A stretch of 64,000 nucleotides of DNA. Source: an uncultured Faecalibacterium sp. (GTDB taxonomy: Bacteria > Bacillota > Clostridia > Oscillospirales > Ruminococcaceae). The notes below the pieces were generated by a model that worked only from the letters and a program-made list of their open reading frames with translations, ran no database searches and was not told the DNA's origin. A program made the position numbers and the translations under genes. Each line of letters opens with the position of its first letter. Positions within the stretch are counted from its first letter, which is position 1. The DNA is taken from the NCBI GenBank assembly GCA_934553285.1, contig CAKTFD010000001.1:33475-97474 (forward strand), in the 5' to 3' direction. Positions 34,195 through 43,260 of the stretch are shown one piece after another.

Positions 34195-34998
34195 TTAACG
34201 GTCCAGCGTGGTGTGGCTTGCTGCCACGACCTGGGCAGCAGCTTCATCCTCCAGCACGGCGGGCTGGTCGCTCTTCTGCACGAACATCAGGTACTCGATA
34301 TTGCCTTCCGGCCCCTTGACCGGGCTGTAATCCAGTCCACGCACTACAAAGCCGTTCTCAGCGGCGTAGGACATGGCATTGTGCAGCACCTCGCGGTGGA
34401 CTGCAGGATCCCGCACCACACCGTTTTTGCCCACTTTCTCGCGCCCGGCTTCAAACTGCGGCTTGACCAGGCACACGCCCATGGCATCCGGGGTGGTGAT
34501 GCGCTGCGCCACCGGGAAGATATGATGCAAAGAGATAAAGGAAACATCCACGCTGAAAAACTCGATGGGTTCTGCCAGGTCTTCGGGGGTAACATAGCGG
34601 ATGTTCGTGCGCTCCATGTTCACCACGCGGGCATCCGTGCGCAGGCTCCATGCCAGCTGCCCATAACCCACATCCACGGCATACACCTTTACCGCGCCAT
34701 TTTGCAGCATACAATCGGTAAAGCCGCCTGTGGACGCACCGATATCCATGCAGACCTTGCCCTCTGGGGTAAGCGGGAAGCACTTCATGGCTTTTTCCAG
34801 TTTCAGGCCACCACGGCTGACATAGCCGATATCATGGCCGCGCACTTCCACTACAGCATCGTCCTTGATCATCTCGCCGGCCTTGTCCACCTTTTGCTGG
34901 TTGACAAACACCACGCCTGCCATGATAAGGGCTTTCGCACGCTCCCGGCTCTGCACAAGACCGTTCTGCACAAGATATTGATCCAACCGAATTTTCAC
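34195..34998 (-). CDS. tlyA: TlyA-family rRNA (cytidine-2'-O)-methyltransferase
   Basis: 267 aa. N-terminal S4 domain (IRLDQYLVQNGLVQSRERAKALI) and FtsJ-like methyltransferase domain (DIGASTGGFTD). Confidence 0.9.
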   Translation of the reverse strand: MKIRLDQYLVQNGLVQSRERAKALIMAGVVFVNQQKVDKAGEMIKDDAVVEVRGHDIGYVSRGGLKLEKAMKCFPLTPEGKVCMDIGASTGGFTDCMLQNGAVKVYAVDVGYGQLAWSLRTDARVVNMERTNIRYVTPEDLAEPIEFFSVDVSFISLHHIFPVAQRITTPDAMGVCLVKPQFEAGREKVGKNGVVRDPAVHREVLHNAMSYAAENGFVVRGLDYSPVKGPEGNIEYLMFVQKSDQPAVLEDEAAAQVVAASHTTLDR

Positions 34999-35014
34999 AG
35001 ATCATTTTCTCCTT

Positions 35015-36880
35015 TCACATAAGAGCTGCCCGGACAGCCTGCGCAATATCTGCAGCATCCAGACCCGTGCACTGCTTGATCTGCGGAACGGTCGCGTGGG
35101 GCAGACAAGCCGTGCGGACAGCATAGTGCAAAAAGCGGCCATCCCAGCCCTTTTGCTGCAAAGCATATGCCAGATGCTCTCCGATGCCACCGGTCGCCAC
35201 GCATTCCTCCGCAAACAGCACAATTTTATATTTTGACACAGTATCGATAAGTTTATCTGTAAAGGGATATAGCTTTACAAGACGCAGAACGTCCGTATTC
35301 AGCGATGTATCGTTTAATTGTTCAGACGCCTGCAGAAGGTCTTCCAGCTCATCCGCATAGCCGACGAGCAGGATCTCTGCGCCCGGCGTCTGCTGCAAGA
35401 AGTCGTATTCCTGCTTTGTGCAGTGGTACTGCGCAAGCCGTGCGCTCTCGCCCCCGCGCGGATAACGGATGGCCCGCGGGCCGGAGACCGTATCCTGCAG
35501 CAGACGGTGCAGCCAGTATTGCAGCTCCTCATAATTGGAGGGTGCGTAGAGCGGGATGCTGAGCTGGCTGAGGAAGGCAGCATCGTAAATGCCCTGATGG
35601 GTCTCGCCGTCTGCCGGGACAAAACCCGCGCGGTCGATGGCAAAGACCACATTCTCCTTCAGCAGATTGACATCGTGGATGATCTGATCGTAGGAACGCT
35701 GCAGGAAGGTGGAGTAGATGCACACCACCGGCAGCATGCCCTGACTGGCAAGACCTGCCGCAAAGGTCACGGCGTGCTGCTCTGCCATGCCCACATCAAA
35801 AAAGCGCCTGGGATGCCGGTGGGCAAAAAACTGCAGTCCGGTACCATATTTCATGGCTGCGGTGATCGCACAGATCTTCGGGTTCTGCGTCCCCTCCTGC
35901 ATCAGCAGCTTGCCAAACACGGTAGAAAACGACTCCTTGGGTGCCACTTCCGGGTCCGGCATACCGTCCGGGTCAAAGGCAGAAACGCCATGGTAGTTGC
36001 CGGGGTTCTGCTCAGCCGGTTTATAGCCCTTGCCTTTTTGTGTTACAACATGCAAAAGGTGCGGCCCCTGCCGCCTGCAGATGGAGCGCAGAGTGCGTTC
36101 CAGTTCTTCCACATTGTGGCCATCCACCGGCCCGATGTACTCAAACCCCATGTCCTCAAACATGGTGGAATGGTACATGGCGCGGCGCACCAGCGTTTTT
36201 GCGCCGACAAGAGATTTTTTCAGCGGTGTACCGACCAACGGCACCCCATCCAGGAAGGAGCGCACATTGTCCTTTGCGTCATAATACACGGTGGTGGTAC
36301 GCAGGTGGGTCAGGTAGCGTGCCAGCGCGCCAACGTTTTTGGAGATGGACATCTTGTTATCATTCAGGATCACAAGCAGATTATCCAGCCCGCCGATGTT
36401 GTTCATGCCTTCGTACACCATGCCGCCGGTAAAGGCACCATCACCGATCACCGCCACCACGGTGCCCGGTTCCTGCTTGATCTTTTTGGCCCATGCCATA
36501 CCGATGGCCAGCGAAAGCGCCGTGTTGCCGTGTCCGGCAATAAAGGCATCGTGCACGCTTTCGTTCGGGTTCGGAAAGCCGGAAATGCCATCCAATTGCC
36601 GCAGATGATCGAACTGCTTCCGGCGGCCGGTGAGCAGTTTATGGGTGTAGCACTGATGCCCTACGTCAAATACGATCTTGTCCTGCGGAGATTCCAACAC
36701 ACGGTGCAGCGCCACGGTCAGCTCTACCGTGCCAAGGTTGGAAGCCAGGTGTCCGCCGGTCTTGGAGATGTTTTCCAGCATAAAATGCCGGATCTCCTCG
36801 CAGAGGCGCTCCACCTGCTGCGTATTCAGTTTTTTTAAATCGCTGGGCTGATCGATTCTGTCCAGTAGCGACGATTCCAT
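35015..36880 (-). CDS. dxs: 1-deoxy-D-xylulose-5-phosphate synthase
   Basis: The ATG at 36880 (MESSLLDRIDQPSDLKKL...) has a GAAGGATG RBS. TPP-binding motif and transketolase-like domains are present. The ORF-track 5' extension is not supported. Confidence 0.95.
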   Translation of the reverse strand: MESSLLDRIDQPSDLKKLNTQQVERLCEEIRHFMLENISKTGGHLASNLGTVELTVALHRVLESPQDKIVFDVGHQCYTHKLLTGRRKQFDHLRQLDGISGFPNPNESVHDAFIAGHGNTALSLAIGMAWAKKIKQEPGTVVAVIGDGAFTGGMVYEGMNNIGGLDNLLVILNDNKMSISKNVGALARYLTHLRTTTVYYDAKDNVRSFLDGVPLVGTPLKKSLVGAKTLVRRAMYHSTMFEDMGFEYIGPVDGHNVEELERTLRSICRRQGPHLLHVVTQKGKGYKPAEQNPGNYHGVSAFDPDGMPDPEVAPKESFSTVFGKLLMQEGTQNPKICAITAAMKYGTGLQFFAHRHPRRFFDVGMAEQHAVTFAAGLASQGMLPVVCIYSTFLQRSYDQIIHDVNLLKENVVFAIDRAGFVPADGETHQGIYDAAFLSQLSIPLYAPSNYEELQYWLHRLLQDTVSGPRAIRYPRGGESARLAQYHCTKQEYDFLQQTPGAEILLVGYADELEDLLQASEQLNDTSLNTDVLRLVKLYPFTDKLIDTVSKYKIVLFAEECVATGGIGEHLAYALQQKGWDGRFLHYAVRTACLPHATVPQIKQCTGLDAADIAQAVRAALM

Positions 36881-36997
36881 ATTCACACATCCTTCATCAT
36901 GTGTTTGTTCTTTACGTTTTTCACTTTTTTTCAAGCTGAAAGCGCTGATCCTGCCCGGCCGCAATGTCCGGGCAGTGCTTTATAGCAATTACAAGGA

Positions 36998-37465
36998 TCA
37001 CACGATCGGGTAGAGAAAACCGACAAGTGCGCCAAGCAGAACGCCTGCCACCACCTGCAGCGGAGTATGGCCGACCATTTCCTTCAGATGCATATTCTGG
37101 AGGAAGGGGGCGTTCTTCTCGCTCACATCGATCCACTGCGCGATCATCTGGTTCAGTACCTTTGCCTGCTCGCCGGTCTCGTGGCGGACGCCCATGGCAT
37201 CGTGCATCGTAATGATAGCCACCACGCAGGCAACTGCAAAGATCGGTGAAGCGATCCCGGCGCTGCGTCCCGTGACGATGGCCATGGCGCAGACCGTTGC
37301 GCTGTGCGCGCTGGGCATGCCGCCATCGCCCCACATTCGCTCCAGCTGGAACTTGCCCAGCAGAACAAAGTTGATGATGGTCTTGAGCACCTGTGCAACG
37401 AACCAGCTCAGGAGCGAGGCGGTCAAGATCTGATTAACGGAAAGGATCTCATGGATAAACTGCAT
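36998..37465 (-). CDS. divergent PAP2-family protein (DUF212, YuiD-like)
   Basis: 155-aa membrane protein with ...GGMPSAHSATVCAMA...HTPLQVVAGVLLG..., an acid phosphatase/vanadium haloperoxidase-related signature. RBS is AAAGGAAC. Confidence 0.75.
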   Translation of the reverse strand: MQFIHEILSVNQILTASLLSWFVAQVLKTIINFVLLGKFQLERMWGDGGMPSAHSATVCAMAIVTGRSAGIASPIFAVACVVAIITMHDAMGVRHETGEQAKVLNQMIAQWIDVSEKNAPFLQNMHLKEMVGHTPLQVVAGVLLGALVGFLYPIV

Positions 37466-37485
37466 AATCTTGTTCCTTTATATTA

Positions 37486-37646
37486 GGGTGTATCTGAAAA
37501 GTCGAAAATTCAGTCTATTTCTACAAACACAGCTGGATTTTGCGTTAAACAGCCTTGAAATACACAAAGGATCCCTGCGGCTATTTGCCTTAAATCCCGC
37601 TTGTGCTTGCGAAATATTCGTCATTTTCTTTGTTTTCAGATACACC
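37486..37646. repeat. perfect 14-bp inverted repeat (GGTGTATCTGAAAA ... TTTTCAGATACACC) bracketing a 133-nt AT-rich intergenic segment
   Basis: Arms at 37486-37499 and 37633-37646 are exact reverse complements. The right arm abuts the ispA stop codon and the left arm lies just upstream of the DUF212 RBS. Confidence 0.6.
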
Positions 37647-38528
37647 TTAGTTATTGCGCACCAGAAGCTGCTGTGCCAGCTGCTGCAGAAAAGCGGCTTT
37701 TGCGCCAAAATGCTCCTGCAGGTCGGCGCAGATCTGCTCGTTCAGTTTTTGTGCCAGCGCCATTGCGCCATCCGTGCCATACAGGGTAACAAAGGTCGTT
37801 TTGCCGTTTTCGCTGTCGCTGCCAATGGGTTTGCCCAACTGCTCCGGCGTGCTGGTAACATCCAGCACATCGTCTACGATCTGGAACACAAGCCCCAGAC
37901 CGTAGGCGTAGGCAGCCAGTATCTCCCGCTGCTCCGGCGTAGCGCTGGCGGCAGCGGCCCCCATCTGCACGGCAGCATTGATCAGTGCGCCGGTCTTGTT
38001 GCGGTGGATCAGGCGCAGCTGCTCCTCGGTAGCTGCCAGGGCTTCATATTTCAGGTCCAGCTCCTGCCCGTAGACCATGCCGTGGCTGCCTGCACCGGCA
38101 CCCAGTGCCCGGGCGGCCTCCACGCAGACCTGTGCCGAAGCAGGCGCATTGGCAACCACCTCAAACGCCTCGGTCAGCAGCACATCGCCGGCCAGCATGG
38201 CGGTCGATTCGCCAAACGCCTTGTGGCAGGACGGCCGGCCGCGGCGCATATCATCGTTATCCATGCAGGGCAGATCATCGTGGATCAGAGAATAGCAGTG
38301 CAGCATCTCCACGGCGGCAGCAAACTGCGCAGCCGCCTGCATCTCGCCGCCCAGCATATCGCAGACGCTGAGCGCCAAAATCGCACGGACGCGCTTGCCG
38401 CCGCCCAGCAGGCTGTAGCGGGCAGCTTTGCACACATCCGATCCCTCGGGCAGAAAACGGGCACAAGCTGCATCCAGTGCAGCGGTTGCCTGGTCCAGAT
38501 ACTCCTGATATTGCACTTTGTATTCCAT
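37647..38528 (-). CDS. ispA: polyprenyl synthetase (farnesyl/geranyl diphosphate synthase IspA)
   Basis: The ATG at 38528 (MEYKVQYQEYLDQ...) is preceded by AGGAGGAAGCATA. It has the FARM motif (LIHDDLPCMDNDDMRRG) and the second DDxxD (FQIVDDVLD). The start overlaps the xseB stop. Confidence 0.9.
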   Translation of the reverse strand: MEYKVQYQEYLDQATAALDAACARFLPEGSDVCKAARYSLLGGGKRVRAILALSVCDMLGGEMQAAAQFAAAVEMLHCYSLIHDDLPCMDNDDMRRGRPSCHKAFGESTAMLAGDVLLTEAFEVVANAPASAQVCVEAARALGAGAGSHGMVYGQELDLKYEALAATEEQLRLIHRNKTGALINAAVQMGAAAASATPEQREILAAYAYGLGLVFQIVDDVLDVTSTPEQLGKPIGSDSENGKTTFVTLYGTDGAMALAQKLNEQICADLQEHFGAKAAFLQQLAQQLLVRNN

Positions 38529-38752
38529 TATGCTTCCTCCTTTGGCGCGTCCATGGTCTGTGTGATCTTTGCGTTGATCTCCTCGATCTGCAGCGATGTT
38601 TTTTCCAGGGTGGTGTGGCAATACTGCATCAGGGATGCTGCTTCTGCATACAATTTGACGGAATCCGCCAGAGAAGTATCCTCCTGCTGCATCTGTGCCA
38701 GGATCGCGTTCAGCCGATCCATCCCTTCTTCAAAGCTCTTGGGCGCTCTCAT
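38528..38752 (-). CDS. xseB: exodeoxyribonuclease VII small subunit
   Basis: 74 aa: MRAPKSFEEGMDRLNAILAQMQQEDTSLADSVKLYAEAASLMQYC... The sequence is XseB-like and the gene overlaps xseA. Confidence 0.85.
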   Translation of the reverse strand: MRAPKSFEEGMDRLNAILAQMQQEDTSLADSVKLYAEAASLMQYCHTTLEKTSLQIEEINAKITQTMDAPKEEA

Positions 38753-39953
38753 CGATCTCCTCCACTGTTTCTACACGGCAGTGTGCCTGATATTGCCGGC
38801 TGCGCACGCAGATCCTCTGCTCCGGCTGCAGCTGTTCCACTGCGCACACTGCCCCGTTGGCATCGGTCACAAGGGCGTAGCCACGGGCCAGCACCCGGTA
38901 CGGATCCAGCGATGCAGCCAGTGCCGCGGCATGCCGCAGCTGCATCTTTTTTGCATCCATACGCGCTTTTTGCTGCGTCTGGATAGCCTGCTGCAGCTGC
39001 TGCAGACGGCTTGAATACTGCTGTAAGATTTTGCTCGGCGCGCTTTGCTCCAACAAAAAGTTGTATTGTTCTAACTCATTATAGCACAACGCAAACCGTT
39101 TTTGTATATTTTTGTGAATATTTTCTTCAATATTTTCAAAAATGCGCCGCTGCTCGTCCCGATCCGGCACCGCAAGCTCTGCGGCAGCGGACGGTGTGGG
39201 AGCGCGCCTGTCGGCTGCAAAATCCAGCAGGGTGTAGTCGATCTCGTGGCCGATGGCGCTGATAAGCGGGACTTTGCAGTGGAACGCCGCCCGGGCGATC
39301 TCCTCGGCATTGAACACCCACAGGTCTTCCCTGCTGCCGCCGCCCCGGGCCACGATGATCTCATCCACCTTCCCGCTCTGGTCCAGGGTCCGGATCGCTG
39401 CGGCGACCTGCCGGGCGGCTTCAAAGCCCTGCACCGTGACCGGGCACAGCAGCAGCCGGACGGACGGCCAGCGGCGGCTTATCACGTTGCGGATATCCTG
39501 CAGTGCCGCACCCGTTTTGCTGGTAACGATGCCAATGCACTTTGGATACGCGGGCAGCGGCTTTTTATGCGCGGGGTCAAACAGGCCTTCCTTTTCCAGC
39601 CGGGCCTTGAGCTGTTCCAGCGCAAGCTGCGCTTCGCCCAGGCCATCCGGGAACATCGCGTTTACATACACCTGGAACGCGCCGTCCCGCTCGTAAAGGG
39701 TGGCGCGGCAGCGCACCACGACCCGCATCCCCTCTTCCGGACGGAACGCCAGGCGGCGGGCATCGGTGCGGAACATGACCGCCTTTACACTGCACGCTTC
39801 ATCCCGCAGGGAAAAATAGCAGTGCCCGCTGCGGGCGTTCTGCACAAAGTTTGCGATCTCGCCGCGCAGTGCAAGGTCGAACAGGCCATCGTTGACATCC
39901 AGCAGCGTTTTGACGTAGTGGTTCAGCTCGGATACCGAGATCACTTCAGCCAT
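38730..39953 (-). CDS. xseA: exodeoxyribonuclease VII large subunit
   Basis: 407 aa with an OB-fold N-terminus and an ExoVII_L catalytic core (CIGIVTSKTGAALQDI...). Confidence 0.9.
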   Translation of the reverse strand: MAEVISVSELNHYVKTLLDVNDGLFDLALRGEIANFVQNARSGHCYFSLRDEACSVKAVMFRTDARRLAFRPEEGMRVVVRCRATLYERDGAFQVYVNAMFPDGLGEAQLALEQLKARLEKEGLFDPAHKKPLPAYPKCIGIVTSKTGAALQDIRNVISRRWPSVRLLLCPVTVQGFEAARQVAAAIRTLDQSGKVDEIIVARGGGSREDLWVFNAEEIARAAFHCKVPLISAIGHEIDYTLLDFAADRRAPTPSAAAELAVPDRDEQRRIFENIEENIHKNIQKRFALCYNELEQYNFLLEQSAPSKILQQYSSRLQQLQQAIQTQQKARMDAKKMQLRHAAALAASLDPYRVLARGYALVTDANGAVCAVEQLQPEQRICVRSRQYQAHCRVETVEEIDESAQEL

Positions 39954-40882
39954 AGACCGGCCTCCCGTGCAGCCAGGATGGAAACACCGATGGCGTTATC
40001 GCTGGAATACTGCCCCGGCACAAAGCAGACCTGCGGCAGGCGCTGCTGCACCCAGGCGCGGATGATATCGCTGCTCATCACACCGCCCGCGCAGACCACC
40101 GGAAGGCCGGGATATTCCTTCTGCGCGGCCTTTGTCATCCGCACCACCGTATCTGCTACACAGAGCAGGCAGTATTTGCAGACGTATTCCGGCGCTTTGC
40201 CGGCCTGCAGCAGCGCATTGCACTGGTTTTCCAGCCCGGAAAGGCTGCACTGCATCCCCTTTACGCTGGACTTGGGGCGGATCTCCTCGGTGCACTGTGC
40301 AGCAAGGCGCGAGACCTCAGCCCCTGCAGGGAAGCCGAACCCCAGCCGGACGCCTACCCGGTCCACCGCCTGGCCTGCGTACAGATCGGTGCTGGTGCCA
40401 AGGGTGGTGATAGTACGCACCTGGTCGCACAGCAAAAGGTCTGTGGTGCCGCCGGAGATGTGGAACAGCAAAACCTCCCGGGTAAACAACTGCGCGCCTT
40501 TTGCGGCAAACAGTGCTGCCGCTGCATGGCCCTGCTGATGCGTGGTGTGGATCAGCGGGATATCCCGCGCCGCAGCAAAGGCGGTTGCTGCGCTGACCCC
40601 GGCCAGAAAACAGGGCATGTAGCTGCCCTCCACCGGGCGCGGCTTTTGCGAGACACCCACAGCTTCTATTTTTGTCAGGTCGAACTCCTGCGCCAGCTCC
40701 TGCAGCATCTCGGGCAACGCCGCCGTGTGATGAAACAGTGCATCGCTCTGCCGCAGGCCAAGCTGCCCGGCTTTTACCGGCAAAAACCGCTTTTTTGCGC
40801 AAACAACCTCCCCGGCTGTGTCAAAAACTGCCAGAGAGGTTGCATAGTTGCTTGTATCGACCCCGAGCGTATAACGGCTCAC
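39941..40882 (-). CDS. Kae1/TsaD/YgjD-family (peptidase M22 / glycoprotease-like, ASKHA fold) protein, divergent paralog
   Basis: 313 aa. Blocks align to TsaD: LGVDTSNYATSLAVFD (vs GIETSCDDTGVAIYD), HTTHQQGH (vs HHMEGH), LFHISGGTTDLL, CAGGVMSS, SSDNAIGV. It is translationally coupled between nusB and xseA. Confidence 0.6.
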   Translation of the reverse strand: MSRYTLGVDTSNYATSLAVFDTAGEVVCAKKRFLPVKAGQLGLRQSDALFHHTAALPEMLQELAQEFDLTKIEAVGVSQKPRPVEGSYMPCFLAGVSAATAFAAARDIPLIHTTHQQGHAAAALFAAKGAQLFTREVLLFHISGGTTDLLLCDQVRTITTLGTSTDLYAGQAVDRVGVRLGFGFPAGAEVSRLAAQCTEEIRPKSSVKGMQCSLSGLENQCNALLQAGKAPEYVCKYCLLCVADTVVRMTKAAQKEYPGLPVVCAGGVMSSDIIRAWVQQRLPQVCFVPGQYSSDNAIGVSILAAREAGLWLK

Positions 40883-41325
40883 TGTTCAGCCGACTCCGCA
40901 GCGGCTTCATCACTCAGACCATGGTCGCGTGCCACAGCACCCAGCAAGCCATTTACAAACTGGTAGTCCTCGCCCGCGCCGTATTTTTTGGTAAGCTCCA
41001 CAGCCTCGTTGATGGCAACGCCGGGCTTGTTCTCGGCGCCAAACAGCATCTCGGCCACAGCAAGGCGCAGCACGGTCAAGCTGACGCGGGGCAGGCGCTC
41101 CATCGTCCAGTTGCGCAGGTGGGCGCGGATCTCGTCATCCACCTCTGCCGAATGGTCATAGTAAGCGTTCAGCAGCAGGCGGCTGAATGCATCCACCGGA
41201 TGCTCCTCGTCGTTTTCAGCATGATTGGACAGCGCCTCGGCCAGAGGGATGTCGCCAAAGGTCTGCGAAAATGCCAGCAGAAATGCATTTTCGCGGGCTT
41301 CTCTACGGGGCAGAATATTTTCCAT
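40879..41325 (-). CDS. nusB: transcription antitermination factor NusB
   Basis: The ATG at 41325 (MENILPRREARENAFLLAF...) has an AAAGGAAC RBS. 148 aa, NusB family. Confidence 0.9.
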   Translation of the reverse strand: MENILPRREARENAFLLAFSQTFGDIPLAEALSNHAENDEEHPVDAFSRLLLNAYYDHSAEVDDEIRAHLRNWTMERLPRVSLTVLRLAVAEMLFGAENKPGVAINEAVELTKKYGAGEDYQFVNGLLGAVARDHGLSDEAAAESAEQ

Positions 41326-41408
41326 AATGTTCCTTTCGCAATACAAACCCTCCCCGCCGGGCACACCGGGAGGAGGATCGGTCCTGATATGATTTTTGCA
41401 GAAATAGG

Positions 41409-41774
41409 TTACTGTGCCGCAGCCTCTGCAAGGCCTGCGATCACCAGATCTACACGGCTGACCGTAACATTGGTCATGTTCTGTACAGCAGACTTGACGT
41501 TCTCCTGCACTTTTTCCGCCACAGAGGGGATCCGTGCGCCGAATTTCATCATCAGGTACAGTGTGATATTGGCCGTACCATCGCGCATCTCCACCACCAC
41601 AGGGGGCTGGATGCTGGCAGTTTCCAGCAGGCTTTTCAGCTTTTTATTCTGCACGCCGCAGGATACCTCGGCAACGCCGTCCACTTCCAGTGCGGCACAG
41701 CGCGCGATCTTTCCAACGACTTCGGTCGAAATCTGAAGGCTGCCGCCCTGAAGATCCATGTTCTGTAAATCCAT
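41409..41774 (-). CDS. Asp23/Gls24-family envelope stress protein (alkaline shock protein, YqhY-like)
   Basis: The ATG at 41774 (MDLQNMDLQGGSLQISTEVVGKIARCAALEVDGV...) is preceded by GGAGGACAGCACA. It holds the conserved position between spoIIIAH and nusB, as in B. subtilis. Confidence 0.8.
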   Translation of the reverse strand: MDLQNMDLQGGSLQISTEVVGKIARCAALEVDGVAEVSCGVQNKKLKSLLETASIQPPVVVEMRDGTANITLYLMMKFGARIPSVAEKVQENVKSAVQNMTNVTVSRVDLVIAGLAEAAAQ

Positions 41775-41901
41775 TGTGCTGTCCTCCATCCAAAGGCGGT
41801 TCCGGGGGCTGCCTGCAGCAGCTGCCAGAGCCGGCCTTTTCTGTTCAGACGCTCCGGCATACAATGCATACAGGAGCGCAGAATGCGTTTTTGATAGAGT
41901 T

Positions 41902-41931
41902 ATTATACCATCAATGCGGGGGCAATTTCAA
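41902..41931 (-). promoter_or_regulatory. sigma-70 type promoter for the asp23-nusB operon (TTGAAA-18bp-TATAAT)
   Basis: Minus strand: TTGAAA, ttgcccccgcattgatgg, TATAAT. Confidence 0.45.
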
Positions 41932-42043
41932 TACTTGTTTGGAAAAGTACATGGAAATCAGCTTTACATGGCATTCCGGCTGCGCAGACCGCTTTCTGCC
42001 TGCGGGAAAAGCCGCGCCTGCACCGCCGGAATGCTGCGGCAGC

Positions 42044-42667
42044 TCACTTTACCTCCACCACCGTGATGTTCTGCGCCGTCACGCTGCTTTTGTTCATCAC
42101 CACATCCCGGATCTGAGCCACCTGCGCCGCCGTAAGCGGCTCCCCTGCCGTCATCACGGTCAGGTCTGCACGGCCGGACTGCAGAAAGCACAGGCAATCC
42201 GCAAAGCCCTTGGCGCGCACCAGCGTTTCGATCTCGTTTTCGGCGTTCAGATCCTCCAGTCCTGCCGCCATTTGTGCGGTGTACTCCTTTTTCTCCTCGG
42301 CTGTCAGAGAGGAGGATTTCAGGCTCTTTTGCAGGGTATCCATGGCTTCATCGTGCGCTTTTTCCCGCTTGAGGCGGGCCTGCTCAAAAAAGCGGGTGCC
42401 GCTGTCATTGGCAACGCTTACAAGCTGTGCCTCGCCATAGTTTTTATTGGCGCTGGAAACCGCTTCCGCTTCGGTAGGCAGCGCGTCCACGACCGTTGTT
42501 TCCGCATCTGCCCCCACCGGCTCGGCAGATACCATGCGCGCGGCATCCTCCAGCTGCGGGGTGGTATCTGCGCGGGCATACTGCCAGTTTAAGTAGACTG
42601 CAATGACCAGCGCCGCTGCCAGGGTCAGGGCTGTAACACGGCGGGTGTTTCTGGAAAGTGCTCTCAT
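42044..42667 (-). CDS. spoIIIAH: stage III sporulation protein AH
   Basis: The ATG at 42667 (MRALSRNTRRVTALTLAAALVIAVYLNWQY...) is preceded by AGGAGGAAGC. It has a single N-terminal transmembrane helix and a YscJ/FliF-like C-terminal domain. Confidence 0.8.
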   Translation of the reverse strand: MRALSRNTRRVTALTLAAALVIAVYLNWQYARADTTPQLEDAARMVSAEPVGADAETTVVDALPTEAEAVSSANKNYGEAQLVSVANDSGTRFFEQARLKREKAHDEAMDTLQKSLKSSSLTAEEKKEYTAQMAAGLEDLNAENEIETLVRAKGFADCLCFLQSGRADLTVMTAGEPLTAAQVAQIRDVVMNKSSVTAQNITVVEVK

Positions 42668-42750
42668 AAGATGCTTCCTCCTTTGTTGCTCCAAGGTGTT
42701 TTTCCGGGGCTGCGTGCGCAGGGCGCACAGGGCCAGGATGATGCGGCGGC

Positions 42751-43260
42751 TCACTGCCTGCGCTGCTCTACACAGATCCGGTTGGAAGGCAGATCCAGCA
42801 GTGAATGCAGCAGCTCTGTGATGCGGGCCGCCACGCGGACATCGCCGCCGCCCTCACACAGCACGGCTACGCCGCAGACCTGCGGCAGATAGGTGGTCTC
42901 TGCCAGCGCAGAGCCATCCTGCAGCAGCACATGGGTCTCCTGCTGCTGCACATCGCCGGACTGGGTATCCACCGCGTAGACGGTTTCCTCGCCGGTGGTC
43001 AGGGTGACCATGACCGTTGTGCGTCCGGCACCCTGCAGCTGGCTGATAAGGCTTTCCAGCTGTTCTTCCAGCTGGGTCTGGTACTGGCTGGCAGAGACCG
43101 CCGGGGCCGAAGCTGCCGCCGCTTTCTGCGTTCCGCCTGTGGGCAGCAACTCCGATAAAAGGAGCAGCAGCATGGCCGCCCCGCCCACGAGCACCGCCAG
43201 TGAAGTACGCCCTTTGCTGCCGCGCAGCGCCTGCAGGATGGGCAGCGTTTCGTTTTTCAT
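42751..43260 (-). CDS. spoIIIAG: stage III sporulation protein AG
   Basis: C-terminal 169 codons of the 576-aa ORF-track entry. The ATG at 43260 (MKNETLPILQALRGSKGRTSLAVLVGG...) is preceded by GGAGG and its start overlaps the spoIIIAF stop (ATGA). Confidence 0.8.
   Translation of the reverse strand: MKNETLPILQALRGSKGRTSLAVLVGGAAMLLLLLSELLPTGGTQKAAAASAPAVSASQYQTQLEEQLESLISQLQGAGRTTVMVTLTTGEETVYAVDTQSGDVQQQETHVLLQDGSALAETTYLPQVCGVAVLCEGGGDVRVAARITELLHSLLDLPSNRICVEQRRQ

Noticed and set aside
41855-41876. Tandem CATACA motifs (GGCATACAATGCATACAGG) on the plus strand as a possible antisense sigma-E/sigma-K promoter into spoIIIAH
   Set aside because: No plausible -35 at 14-17 bp and no plus-strand gene downstream. 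The sequence is partly palindromic (ATGCAT) and may be coincidental, so it was not reported as a feature.
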